From Eledone cirrhosa (taxonomy: Eukaryota), in assembly GCA_964016885.1 (NCBI GenBank), contig OZ024749.1:10664001-10728000 (forward strand): a stretch of DNA of 64,000 bases, given 5' to 3'. A program made the translations under genes and the position numbers. Under the pieces are notes generated by a model. The model worked only from the letters and a program-made list of their open reading frames with translations. It did no database searches and was not told the DNA's origin. This document shows positions 27,401 through 39,035 of this stretch, piece after piece (position 1 is the stretch's first letter; every line of letters starts with the position of its first letter).

Positions 27401-30400
27401 GCAGCAGTACACTAACAACAGCAACACTGCCCATTACCCACACTGGTCGTCACAGTAGTAGTGATATAGTACCAAGTTAGTGGCAGCAGTACACTAACAA
27501 CAGCAACACTGCCCATTACCCACACTGGTCGTCACAGTAGTAGTGATATAGTACCAAGTTAGTGGCAGCAGTACACTAACAACAGCAACACTGCCCATTA
27601 CCCACACTGGTCGTCACAGTAGTAGTGATATAGTACCAAGTTAGTGGCAGCAGTACACTAACAACAGCAACACTGCCCATTACCCACACTGGTCGTCACA
27701 GTAGTAGTGATATAGTACCAAGCTAGTGGCAGCAGTACACTAACAACAGCAACACTGCCCACACTGGTCGTCACAGTAGTAGTGATATAGTACCAAGCTA
27801 GTGGCAGCAGTACACTAACAACAGCAACACTGCCCATTACCCACACTGGTCGTCACAGTAGTAGTGATATAGTACCAAGCTAGTGGCAGCAGTACACTAA
27901 CAACAGCAACACTGCCCACCACCCACACTGGTCGTCACAGTAGTAGTGATATAGTACCAAGCTAGTGGCAGCAGTACACTAACAACAGCAACACTGCCCA
28001 TTACCCACACTGGTCGTCACAGTAGTAGTGATATAGTACCAAGCTAGTGGCAGCAGTACACTAACAACAGCAACACTGCCCACCACCCACACTGGTCGTC
28101 ACAGTAGTAGTGATATAGTACCAAGTTAGTGGCAGCAGTACACTAACAACAGCAACACTGCCCATTACCCACACTGGTCGTCACAGTAGTAGTGATATAG
28201 TACCAAGCTAGTGGCAGCAGTACACTAACAACAGCAACACTGCCCACACTGGTCGTCACAGTAGTAGTGATATAGTACCAAGCTAGTGGCAGCAGTACAC
28301 TAACAACAGCAACACTGCCCATTACCCACACTGGTCGTCACAGTAGTAGTGATATAGTACCAAGCTAGTGGCAGCAGTACACTAACAACAGCAACACTGC
28401 CCACCACCCACACTGGTCGTCACAGTAGTAGTGATATAGTACCAAGCTAGTGGCAGCAGTACACTAACAACAGCAACACTGCCCATTGCCCACACTGGTC
28501 GTCACAGTAGTAGTGATATAGTACCAAGCTAGTGGCAGCAGTACACTAACAACAGCAACACTGCCCACACTGGTCGTCACAGTAGTAGTGATATAGTACC
28601 AAGCTAGTGGCAGCAGTACACTAACAACAGCAACACTGCCCATTGCCCACACTGGTCGTCACAGTAGTAGTGATATAGTACCAAGCTAGTGGCAGCAGTA
28701 CACTAACAACAGCAACACCACCCACACTGGTCGTCACAGTAGTAGTGATATAGTACCAAGCTAGTGGCAGCAGTACACTAACAACAGCAACACTGCCCAC
28801 ACTGGTCGTCACAGTAGTAGTGATATAGTACCAAGCTAGTGGCAGCAGTACACTAACAACAGCAACACCACCCACACTGGTCGTCACAGTAGTAGTGATA
28901 TAGTACCAAGCTAGTGGCAGCAGTACACTAACAACAGCAACACTGCCCACACTGGTCGTCACAGTAGTAGTGATATAGTACCAAGCTAGTGGCAGCAGTA
29001 CACTAACAACAGCAACACTGCCCACACTGGTCGTCACAGTAGTAGTGATATAGTACCAAGCTAGTGGCAGCAGTACACTAACAACAGCAACACTGCCCAC
29101 ACTGGTCGTCACAGTAGTAGTGATATAGTACCAAGCTAGTGGCAGCAGTACACTAACAACAGCAACACTGCCCACACTGGTCGTCACAGTAGTAGTGATA
29201 CAGTACCAAGCTAGTGGCAGCAGTACACTAACAACAGCAACACTGCCCACACTGGTCGTCACAGTAGTAGTGATATAGTACCAAGCTAGTGGCAGCAGTA
29301 CACTAACAACAGCAACACTGCCCACACTGGTCGTCACAGTAGTAGTGATATAGTACCAAGCTAGTGGCAGCAGTACACTAACAACAGCAACACTGCCCAC
29401 ACTGGTCGTCACAGTAGTAGTGATATAGTACCAAGCTAGTGGCAGCAGTACACTAACAACAGCAACACCACCCACACTGGTCGTCACAGTAGTAGTGATA
29501 TAGTACCAAGCTAGTGGCAGCAGTACACTAACAACAGCAACACTGCCCACACTGGTCGTCACAGTAGTAGTGATATAGTACCAAGCTAGTGGCAGCAGTA
29601 CACTAACAACAGCAACACTGCCCACACTGGTCGTCACAGTAGTAGTGATATAGTACCAAGCTAGTGGCAGCAGTACACTAACAACAGCAACACTGCCCAC
29701 ACTGGTCGTCACAGTAGTAGTGATATAGTACCAAGCTAGTGGCAGCAGTACACTAACAACAGCAACACCACCCACACTGGTCGTCACAGTAGTAGTGATA
29801 TAGTACCAAGCTAGTGGCAGCAGTACACTAACAACAGCAACACTGCCCACACTGGTCGTCACAGTAGTAGTGATATAGTACCAAGCTAGTGGCAGCAGTA
29901 CACTAACAACAGCAACACTGCCCACACTGGTCGTCACAGTAGTAGTGATATAGTACCAAGCTAGTGGCAGCAGTACACTAACAACAGCAACACTGCCCAC
30001 ACTGGTCGTCACAGTAGTAGTGATATAGTACCAAGCTAGTGGCAGCAGTACACTAACAACAGCAACACTGCCCACACTGGTCGTCACAGTAGTAGTGATA
30101 TAGTACCAAGCTAGTGGCAGCAGTACACTAACAACAGCAACACTGCCCACACTGGTCGTCACAGTAGTAGTGATACAGTACCAAGCTAGTGGCAGCAGTA
30201 CACTAACAACAGCAACACTGCCCACACTGGTCGTCACAGTAGTAGTGATATAGTACCAAGCTAGTGGCAGCAGTACACTAACAACAGCAACACTGCCCAC
30301 ACTGGTCGTCACAGTAGTAGTGATACAGTACCAAGCTAGTGGCAGCAGTACACTAACAACAGCAACACTGCCCACACTGGTCGTCACAGTAGTAGTGATA

Positions 30401-33400
30401 TAGTACCAAGCTAGTGGCAGCAGTACACTAACAACAGCAACACTGCCCACACTGGTCGTCACAGTAGTAGTGATATAGTACCAAGCTAGTGGCAGCAGTA
30501 CACTAACAACAGCAACACTGCCCACACTGGTCGTCACAGTAGTAGTGATATAGTACCAAGCTAGTGGCAGCAGTACACTAACAACAGCAACACTGCCCAC
30601 ACTGGTCGTCACAGTAGTAGTGATATAGTACCAAGCTAGTGGCAGCAGTACACTAACAACAGCAACACTGCCCACACTGGTCGTCACAGTAGTAGTGATA
30701 TAGTACCAAGCTAGTGGCAGCAGTACACTAACAACAGCAACACTGCCCACACTGGTCGTCACAGTAGTAGTGATACAGTACCAAGCTAGTGGCAGCAGTA
30801 CACTAACAACAGCAACACTGCCCACACTGGTCGTCACAGTAGTAGTGATATAGTACCAAGCTAGTGGCAGCAGTACACTAACAACAGCAACACTGCCCAC
30901 ACTGGTCGTCACAGTAGTAGTGATATAGTACCAAGCTAGTGGCAGCAGTACACTAACAACAGCAACACTGCCCACACTGGTCGTCACAGTAGTAGTGATA
31001 CAGTACCAAGCTAGTGGCAGCAGTACACTAACAACAGCAACACTGCCCACACTGGTCGTCACAGTAGTAGTGATATAGTACCAAGCTAGTGGCAGCAGTA
31101 CACTAACAACAGCAACACTGCCCACACTGGTCGTCACAGTAGTAGTGATATAGTACCAAGCTAGTGGCAGCAGTACACTAACAACAGCAACACTGCCCAT
31201 TGCCCACACTGGTCGTCACAGTAGTAGTGATACAGTACCAAGCTAGTGGCAGCAGTACACTAACAACAGCAACACTGCCCACACTGGTCGTCACAGTAGT
31301 AGTGATATAGTACCAAGCTAGTGGCAGCAGTACACTAACAACAGCAACACTGCCCACACTGGTCGTCACAGTAGTAGTGATATAGTACCAAGCTAGTGGC
31401 AGCAGTACACTAACAACAGCAACACTGCCCATTGCCCACACTGGTCGTCACAGTAGTAGTGATACAGTACCAAGCTAGTGGCAGCAGTACACTAACAACA
31501 GCAACACTGCCCACACTGGTCGTCACAGTAGTAGTGATATAGTACCAAGCTAGTGGCAGCAGTACACTAACAACAGCAACACTGCCCACACTGGTCGTCA
31601 CAGTAGTAGTGATATAGTACCAAGCTAGTGGCAGCAGTACACTAACAACAGCAACACTGCCCACACTGGTCGTCACAGTAGTAGTGATATAGTACCAAGC
31701 TAGTGGCAGCAGTACACTAACAACAGCAACACTGCCCACACTGGTCGTCACAGTAGTAGTGATACAGTACCAAGCTAGTGGCAGCAGTACACTAACAACA
31801 GCAACACTGCCCACACTGGTCGTCACAGTAGTAGTGATATAGTACCAAGCTAGTGGCAGCAGTACACTAACAACAGCAACACTGCCCACACTGGTCGTCA
31901 CAGTAGTAGTGATATAGTACCAAGCTAGTGGCAGCAGTACACTAACAACAGCAACACTGCCCATTGCCCACACTGGTCGTCACAGTAGTAGTGATACAGT
32001 ACCAAGCTAGTGGCAGCAGTACACTAACAACAGCAACACTGCCCACACTGGTCGTCACAGTAGTAGTGATATAGTACCAAGCTAGTGGCAGCAGTACACT
32101 AACAACAGCAACACTGCCCACACTGGTCGTCACAGTAGTAGTGATATAGTACCAAGCTAGTGGCAGCAGTACACTAACAACAGCAACACTGCCCATTGCC
32201 CACACTGGTCGTCACAGTAGTAGTGATACAGTACCAAGCTAGTGGCAGCAGTACACTAACAACAGCAACACTGCCCACACTGGTCGTCACAGTAGTAGTG
32301 ATATAGTACCAAGCTAGTGGCAGCAGTACACTAACAACAGCAACACTGCCCACACTGGTCGTCACAGTAGTAGTGATATAGTACCAAGCTAGTGGCAGCA
32401 GTACACTAACAACAGCAACACTGCCCACACTGGTCGTCACAGTAGTAGTGATATAGTACCAAGCTAGTGGCAGCAGTACACTAACAACAGCAACACTGCC
32501 CACACTGGTCGTCACAGTAGTAGTGATATAGTACCAAGCTAGTGGCAGCAGTACACTAACAACAGCAACACTGCCCATTGCCCACACTGGTCGTCACAGT
32601 AGTAGTGATATAGTACCAAGCTAGTGGCAGCAGTACACTAACAACAGCAACACCACCCACACTGGTCGTCACAGTAGTAGTGATATAGTACCAAGCTAGT
32701 GGCAGCTAGTACACTAACAACAGCAACACTGCCCATTGCCCACACTGGTCGTCACAGTAGTAGTGATATAGTACCAAGCTAGTGGCAGCAGTACACTAAC
32801 AACAGCAACACTGCCCATTGCCCACACTGGTCGTCACAGTAGTAGTGATATAGTACCAAGCTAGTGGCAGCAGTACACTAACAACAGCAACACTGCCCAT
32901 TGTCCACACTGGTCGTCACAGTAGTAGTGATATAGTACCAAGCTAGTGGCAGCAGTACACTAACAACAGCAACACTGCCCATTGCCCACACTGGTCGTCA
33001 CAGTAGTAGTGATATAGTACCAAGTTAGTGGCAGCAGTACACTAACAACAGCAACACTGCCCACACTGGTCGTCACAGTAGTAGTGATATAGTACCAAGC
33101 TAGTGGCAGCAGTACACTAACAACAGCAACACTGCCCACACTGGTCGTCACAGTAGTAGTGATATAGTACCAAGTTAGTGGCAGCAGTACACTAACAACA
33201 GCAACACTGCCCACACTGGTCGTCACAGTAGTAGTGATATAGTACCAAGCTAGTGGCAGCAGTACACTAACAACAGCAACACTGCCCACACTGGTCGTCA
33301 CAGTAGTAGTGATATAGTACTAAGCTAGTGGCAGCAGTACACTAACAACAGCAACACTGCCCACACTGGTCGTCACAGTAGTAGTGATATAGTACCAAGC

Positions 33401-33583
33401 TAGTGGCAGCTAGTACACTAACAACAGCAACACTGCCCACACTGGTCGTCACAGTAGTAGTGATATAGTACCAAGCTAGTGGCAGCTAGTACACTAACAA
33501 CAGCAACACTGCCCACACTGGTCGTCACAGTAGTAGTGATACAGTACCAAGCTAGTGGCAGCAGTACACTAACAACAGCAACA
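3453..33583. repeat. Satellite array, 75/82-bp monomers (~30 kb, roughly 380 copies)
   Basis: Monomer CCCACACTGGTCGTCACAGTAGTAGTGATATAGTACCAAGCTAGTGGCAGCAGTACACTAACAACAGCAACACTG, with or without a 7-bp CCCATTG. Head-to-tail in the same orientation on both sides of the gap. Confidence 0.98.
24568..24767. other. Assembly gap (200 N)
   Basis: Run of N inside the satellite; true array length unknown. Confidence 0.99.
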
Positions 33584-33799
33584 ACAGTAATGAACCAACA
33601 CGGCAATGGTGGTGCGGGTTGCTGTAAACAAATTATTGCATTAATAAAAGTCCTAACATAATAATCATGACAATCATCACTTCCACCCTATGGCACAAGG
33701 CCAGCAATAATTACAGTGCAGAATAATAACCACAATAGTAGTCAGTTGTAACTACATTGGTATCATTACTATCAATGGTGGCAACCATGTCCGACAAAA

Positions 33800-34272
33800 A
33801 GGGCTGCTAGACTGTGGAAGTGAGCTGTAGGAAGCGAATATAGGAACAGAAAAACATAGAGATATAAATTCAGGTACACATATGGAGAACATAGGAACAA
33901 ATGGAACAAAGATTATACATAAATACAAAAGTAGGTATACATACGGAGAACAAGGAACAAAGGGATATAAAACACGGACCCTCATAAGATCCCATGCATG
34001 CATACAAGCTATCCAGGGAATGCCTGATGCTGGGGTCATTGTGTGGCCACGTCCAACTCCCAGGGTCAAGCTTTGCACTGGCCCTCAACCAGTACAACTA
34101 TGTTGTTAATCCGTACAGTCTAAGGAAGGTTCCAGTTGATCTGTGGTGGCAGGTGCTGAACAGGTTTCTCCTTTTATTGATAACCTGTGTTCCCCTCCCA
34201 ATTATCTCCATAATCTCGGTGACACATAGATTGCATGAATCATGCCCTCCTCCCCTGTAGGGTTGGGCTGAA
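33800..34272 (-). mobile_element. Penelope-like element 3' fragment (C-terminus of the GIY-YIG endonuclease region plus downstream sequence)
   Basis: ORF 34098-34367(-) contains AQPYRGGGHDSCNLCVTEIMEII...VINKRRNLFSTCHHR, matching the 'PY..CxLCxxE..I...N.R.....CxH' ending of many PLE ORFs. It starts abruptly at a (TA)n run. The downstream boundary is approximate. Confidence 0.65.
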
Positions 34273-34302
34273 TATATATATATATATGTGTGTGTGTGAA
34301 TA

Positions 34303-34483
34303 TACCTGTAAATGTGGTTGATGTTAGGAAGAGCATCCAACTGTAAAAATTCCCTACCCAAATACAATTCAGTTTGAGCAAGGTATGGCGCGGCCGGCTG
34401 GCCAGACTTGTCTCATAACATGGACGACCTGTCCAACCCATGCAAGCATGGAAAAATAGACGTTAAACAGTGATGATGATGAT
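34303..34483 (+). mobile_element. RTE/SINE 3'-end fragment with (GAT)n tail
   Basis: GTTAGGAAGAGCATCCAACTGTA ... CCCATGCAAGCATGGAAAAATAGACGTTAAAC-(GAT)n, homologous to the 3' ends at 55617-55760 and 60410-60630. Confidence 0.75.
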
Positions 34484-34620
34484 ATACATGTATAGGGATA
34501 GATAGAGAGATAGAAAAATAGATTGAAAAACAGACAGATAGATAGATAGATAGTCAGACAAACAGGCAGACAGATAGCTAGAAAAATAAATAGGTAAATA
34601 GATAAATAGATAGGATAGAT

Positions 34621-34948
34621 GGAGGCACATGGCTTAGTGGTTAGAGCATTGGCCTTGCAATCAAAAGGTTGTGAGTTCAATTCTCAGACCGGGTGATGTG
34701 TTGTTTCCTTGAGCAAGACACTTTATTTCACATTGCTCCAGTTTACTCAGCTGTAGAAATGAGATGATAGGGACTGGGGTCCCTATCATTCCACTGTAAC
34801 GTGGACGTGGAGATGCCACGGCAAAAAATCACCCAGCACTCACTGTAAATGAGGTTGGTGTTAGGAAGGGCATCCAGCTGTAGAAATCAAGCCAGTTCCT
34901 GTCCCACCCTTGCAAGCAGGAAAAAGCGGACGTAAAATGAAATGAAAT
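34621..34948 (+). mobile_element. Full-length tRNA-derived SINE, family B (CORE-like domain, RTE-type 3' end)
   Basis: TGGCTTAGTGG A box, GAGTTCAATTC B box, CCTTGAGCAAGACACTT core, internal 11-bp hairpin ATGATAGGGAC/GTCCCTATCAT, then GTTAGGAAGGGCATCCAGCTGTAG...GGACGTAAAATGA. Close inverse copy at 61540-61883. Confidence 0.88.
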
Positions 34949-35341
34949 AGCTAGGTAGATAGATGGATAAACACACAGGTAGGTAGATTGATAAACAAAC
35001 AGACTGGCAGATAGATATGCAAACGGAAACACTTTAGGGTAGTGATAACTTTTTAACTTTGTGGGGTCCAAGGCAATCTCATTAGTTTTGGGGCATTGAT
35101 AAAATGCACCCAGTACACTCAGTAAAATTATTGGTGAATGGGCAGAGAGAAACAATGTAGTGTTAAGAGAACCCTTTAATCTTACCAAAGACATGACAAC
35201 TTGTCTAGCATCCATGCCACAATAAAATGTACCCAGCAGACTGTTAAATATTTGATGTTAAGAAGGGTACCCAGCCATAAATATCATGCTCTAAAATGTC
35301 ATGATGAGCAAGACAGGGTCTTGAGACCAATCTAGGAGGGA

Positions 35342-35795
35342 GATAAGACCTGGCTCAGGGTGTAACAACCCATATAAACCAGGATCCTGTCTAAAAGGGC
35401 AGTAACTCTAAATAAGAACTGGCTCAGGGTATAACAACCCATATAAACCAGGATCCTGTCTAGAAGGGCAGTAACTCTGAATAAGAACTGGCTCAGAGTA
35501 TAACAACCCATATAAACCAGGATCCTGTCTAGAAGGGCAGTAACTCTGAATAAGAACTGGCTCAGGGTATAACAACCCATATAAACCAGGATCCTGTCTA
35601 GAAGGGCAGTAACTCTGAATAAGAACTGGCTCAGGGTATAACAACCCATATAAACCAGGATCCTGTCTAGAAGGCCAGTAACTCTGAATAAGACTTGGCT
35701 CAGGGTGTAACAACCCATATAAACCAAGATCCTGTCTAGAAGGGCAGTAACTCTGAATAAGAACTGGCTCAGGGTATAACAACCCATATAAACCA
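35342..35795. repeat. 69-bp minisatellite, ~6.5 copies
   Basis: Unit ATAAGAACTGGCTCAGGGTATAACAACCCATATAAACCAGGATCCTGTCTAGAAGGGCAGTAACTCTGA; 23-aa periodicity in the overlapping ORFs. Confidence 0.95.
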
Positions 35796-35867
35796 TACTA
35801 TCATAGAAAGCTGACATAAACGATTTGTAGTTACATCTTATAGTAAGCTAACTATCAAGACAGCAAA

Positions 35868-36020
35868 TTGACAGAGTTGTTAGAATGTCAGATAGAATGC
35901 TTTGTCGTGTTCATTCCAGCTCTATAGTCTCTCACTTTAAATCATGTCAAGGTCAACTTTACCTTTCATCCTTTCAAGGTTGATAAATAAAACGTATGAG
36001 TCCAGTAGTGGGACTAATTC
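35868..36020 (+). mobile_element. Old degenerate SINE related to family A
   Basis: AAGGTCAACTTTACCTTTCATCCTTTCAAGGTTGATAAATAAAA resembles the family A central domain. Confidence 0.5.
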
Positions 36021-36162
36021 TTCCTCTATATCTCTTTCTCACTTCCTCCCCCCCCCCTTCTCTCTCCTTCTCAGCTGTGTTCAGACCTGGAGAGAGGATG
36101 CCAACCTGACACTAATTAATACATAAGAAGAGAAAACGATGATGAAGATGATGACATTGTCT

Positions 36163-36474
36163 TTCAAATCCCGCCGAGGTTAACTTTGCCTTTCATCCTT
36201 ACGGGGTCGATAAAATAAAGTACCAGTAATACACTGAGATAATTGCTGGCCTTGTGCCTAAAAGTAGAAACAATTATGATGGGCGGTGGATTGGCAGTAT
36301 CGGTAGAGGGTCGGACGCCACGCCGTGCAGCATAGAGTTACGGCCCTTTATGATCTGAGTTCAAATCCTGCCAAGGTTAACTTTGCCTTTCATCCTGATG
36401 GGGGGTCGATAAAATAAAGTAGCAGTAATGCACTGGGGTAATTGCTGGCCTTGTGCCTATAGTAGAAATTATTA
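36163..36474 (+). mobile_element. Head-to-tail pair of family A SINEs (5'-truncated copy 36163-36275, full copy 36281-36470)
   Basis: Both match the reverse complement of 416-609. Confidence 0.88.
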
Positions 36475-37219
36475 TGATGATTATGATGATGATGACAATG
36501 ATGATGATGATGATGATGACAACAATGTCGTCACCACCAACAATGATGATGATAAAGATGATAATGATGATGACAATAATAACAACAACAAGATGATGAT
36601 GACAATAATAACAACAAGATGATGATGACAATAACAACAACAAGACAACAACAATAACAACAACAAGACAACAACAACAACAACAGCAAGACAACAACAA
36701 CAACAACAAGATGACAACAAAAACAACAGCAAGACAACAACGACAACTACAAGACAACAACAATAACAACAAGATGACGACAACAGCAGAAAGACGACAA
36801 CAAGACAACAACAAAAACAACAACAAGACAACAACAACAACAACAGCAAGATAATAACAACAACAACAAGATGACAACAAAAACAACAGCAAGACAACAA
36901 CGACAACTACAAGACAACAACAATAACAACAAGATGACGACAACAACAGAAAGACGACAACAAGACAACAACAATAACAACAGAAAGACAACAACAACAA
37001 CAACAACAACAAGATGACAACAAAAACAACAGCAAGACAACAACGACAACTACAAGACAACAACAATAACAACAAGATGACGACAACAACAGAAAGACGA
37101 CAAGACAACAACAATAACAACAAGAAGATGACAACAACAATAACAGCAAGACAACAACAAGATGACAACAACAAGCCAACAACAATAACAACAACAACAA
37201 GACAACAACAACAACAACA

Positions 37220-37252
<33 letters not shown>

Positions 37253-38375
37253 GAAAACAGACAACAACAACACAACAACAACAAGACAACAACAACAACA
37301 AGAGAACAACAAGGCAACAACAACAACAACAAGACAACAGACAACAACAACAACAACGAGACAACAACAACAACAACAAGAGCAAGACAACAACAACAAC
37401 AAGACAACAGCAACAAAAGTAAGACAACAACAATAACAAAAACAAGACAACAACAACAAGAGCAAGACAACAACAGCAGCAAGACAACAACAAGATGACA
37501 AGAACAAGACAACAACAGCAGCAAGACAACAACAAGATGACAAAAACAAGACAACAACAACAACAACAAGAGCAAGACAACACCAACAACAAGACAACAA
37601 CAACAACAAGACAACAACAACAACAAGAAAACAACAACAACAACAACAACAAGAGCAAGACAACAACAACAACAACAAGAGCAAAACAACAACAAGACAA
37701 CAAGATGACAAGAACAAGACAACAACAGCAGCAAGACAACAAGATGACAAGAACAAGACAACAACAGCAGCAAGACAACAACAAGATGACAAGAACAAGA
37801 CAACAACAGCAGCAAGACAACAACAAGATGACAAGAACAAGACAACAACAGCAGCAAGACAACAACAAGATGACAAGAACAAGACAACACCAACAACAAG
37901 ACAACAACAACAACAACAACAAGAAAACAACAACAACAACAACAAGAGCAAGACAACAACAACAACAAGAGCAAAACAACAACAAGACAACAACAACAGC
38001 AAGACAACAACAACAACAACAAGAGCAAAACAACAACACCAACAACAAGAGCAAGACAACAACAACAACAATACAACAACAACAACAACAAGACAACAAC
38101 AACAACAAGACAACAACAGCAAGACAACAACAACAACAAGAAGACAACAACAACAACAAGAGCAAGACAACAACAACAACAAGACAACAACAACATGAGC
38201 AAGACAACAACAACAAGACAACAACAACAACAAGACAACAACAACAACAACAAGACAACAACAACAAGAGCAAGACAACAACAACAACAACAAGACAACA
38301 ACAACAAGAGCAAGACAACAACAACAACAACAAGACAACAACAAGACAACAACAACAAGAGCAAGCCAACAACCA
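36475..38375. repeat. Degenerate (GAT)n to (CAA)n cryptic microsatellite, ~1.9 kb
   Basis: CAA triplets interspersed with GA/GAT/GCA, plus local longer sub-repeats (e.g. ~36-39 bp at 37695-37885). Confidence 0.95.
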
Positions 38376-38632
38376 TAAGATGGTAATATGTGTATCTAAA
38401 GAGGTCTGTCAGATATTCTAGTTGAAGGCAATATATATATTCTACATTTCTGGACACTAATCTTCTCAACACTTCAATGAAATACTTGTATTTGGAGATA
38501 TACTGTACAGATCAATATTTTGTATTGATTTAATCAATATATAGTGAGGGTGATGGCTGGGGTCTGAAGGATCAGTGCAGCATCTTTCAATAAATACTTT
38601 TGTGTATGTTACTTCATCCTGAGAGATGATCA

Positions 38633-38892
38633 GCATCATCATCATCAACCCCTCCTCCTCATTATCATCACCACCTTCACCGCCACTACCATCCTCATCA
38701 TCCCCATCACCATCATCATCCCCATCATTCTCATCATCACTATCATCATCGCCACCTCCACTGCCACCAGCCACCTCATCATCATCATCACCATCATCAC
38801 TACCACCATCCTCCTCCTCCTCATCCTCATCATTGACATCATCATCATCATCTTTATCCCCCCCCCCCACCACCACCACAACCATGCTCACC
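38633..38892. repeat. Degenerate (CAT/CAC/CCT)n microsatellite
   Basis: Triplet low-complexity tract continuous with the (GAT)n-type tail of the minus-strand element at 38893. Confidence 0.9.
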
Positions 38893-39035
38893 ATCATCCT
38901 TATGTCTGCTTTCCACGCTGGCATGGGTTGGACAGGTTGTCTCATTCTGAGGTTAGACCAGTCAGGTGACCACATCCTGCCATAATTTATATATTTTGAG
39001 ATGGTCTATACAGCTGGATGCCCTTCCTAATACCA
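38893..39035 (-). mobile_element. RTE/SINE 3'-end fragment leading directly into the 48-bp array
   Basis: TGTCTGCTTTCCACGCTGGCATGGGTTGGACAGG ... CAGCTGGATGCCCTTCCTAATACCAACC is the reverse complement of the shared 3' end. Confidence 0.8.

Noticed and set aside
3453-33583. CRISPR-like array
   Set aside because: No unique spacers, no cas genes, eukaryotic context. The same applies to the 48-bp array.
3247-33606. Dozens of 'MWAMGSVAVVSVLLPLAWYY' ORFs, including an 862-aa one
   Set aside because: Translations of the satellite; the frame shifts at every 82-bp monomer, so there is no sign of coding constraint.
33994-34260. Plus-strand 88-aa ORF as a host exon
   Set aside because: Antisense to the Penelope-like motif, which explains the region better; upstream stop and no recognisable family.
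34621-34695. tRNA gene
   Set aside because: The tRNA-like head continues into SINE core and tail and lacks a complete cloverleaf.
36377-38985. Poly-Q/N/T, poly-L/V/C and poly-D/S ORFs
   Set aside because: Triplet microsatellite open in most frames on both strands.
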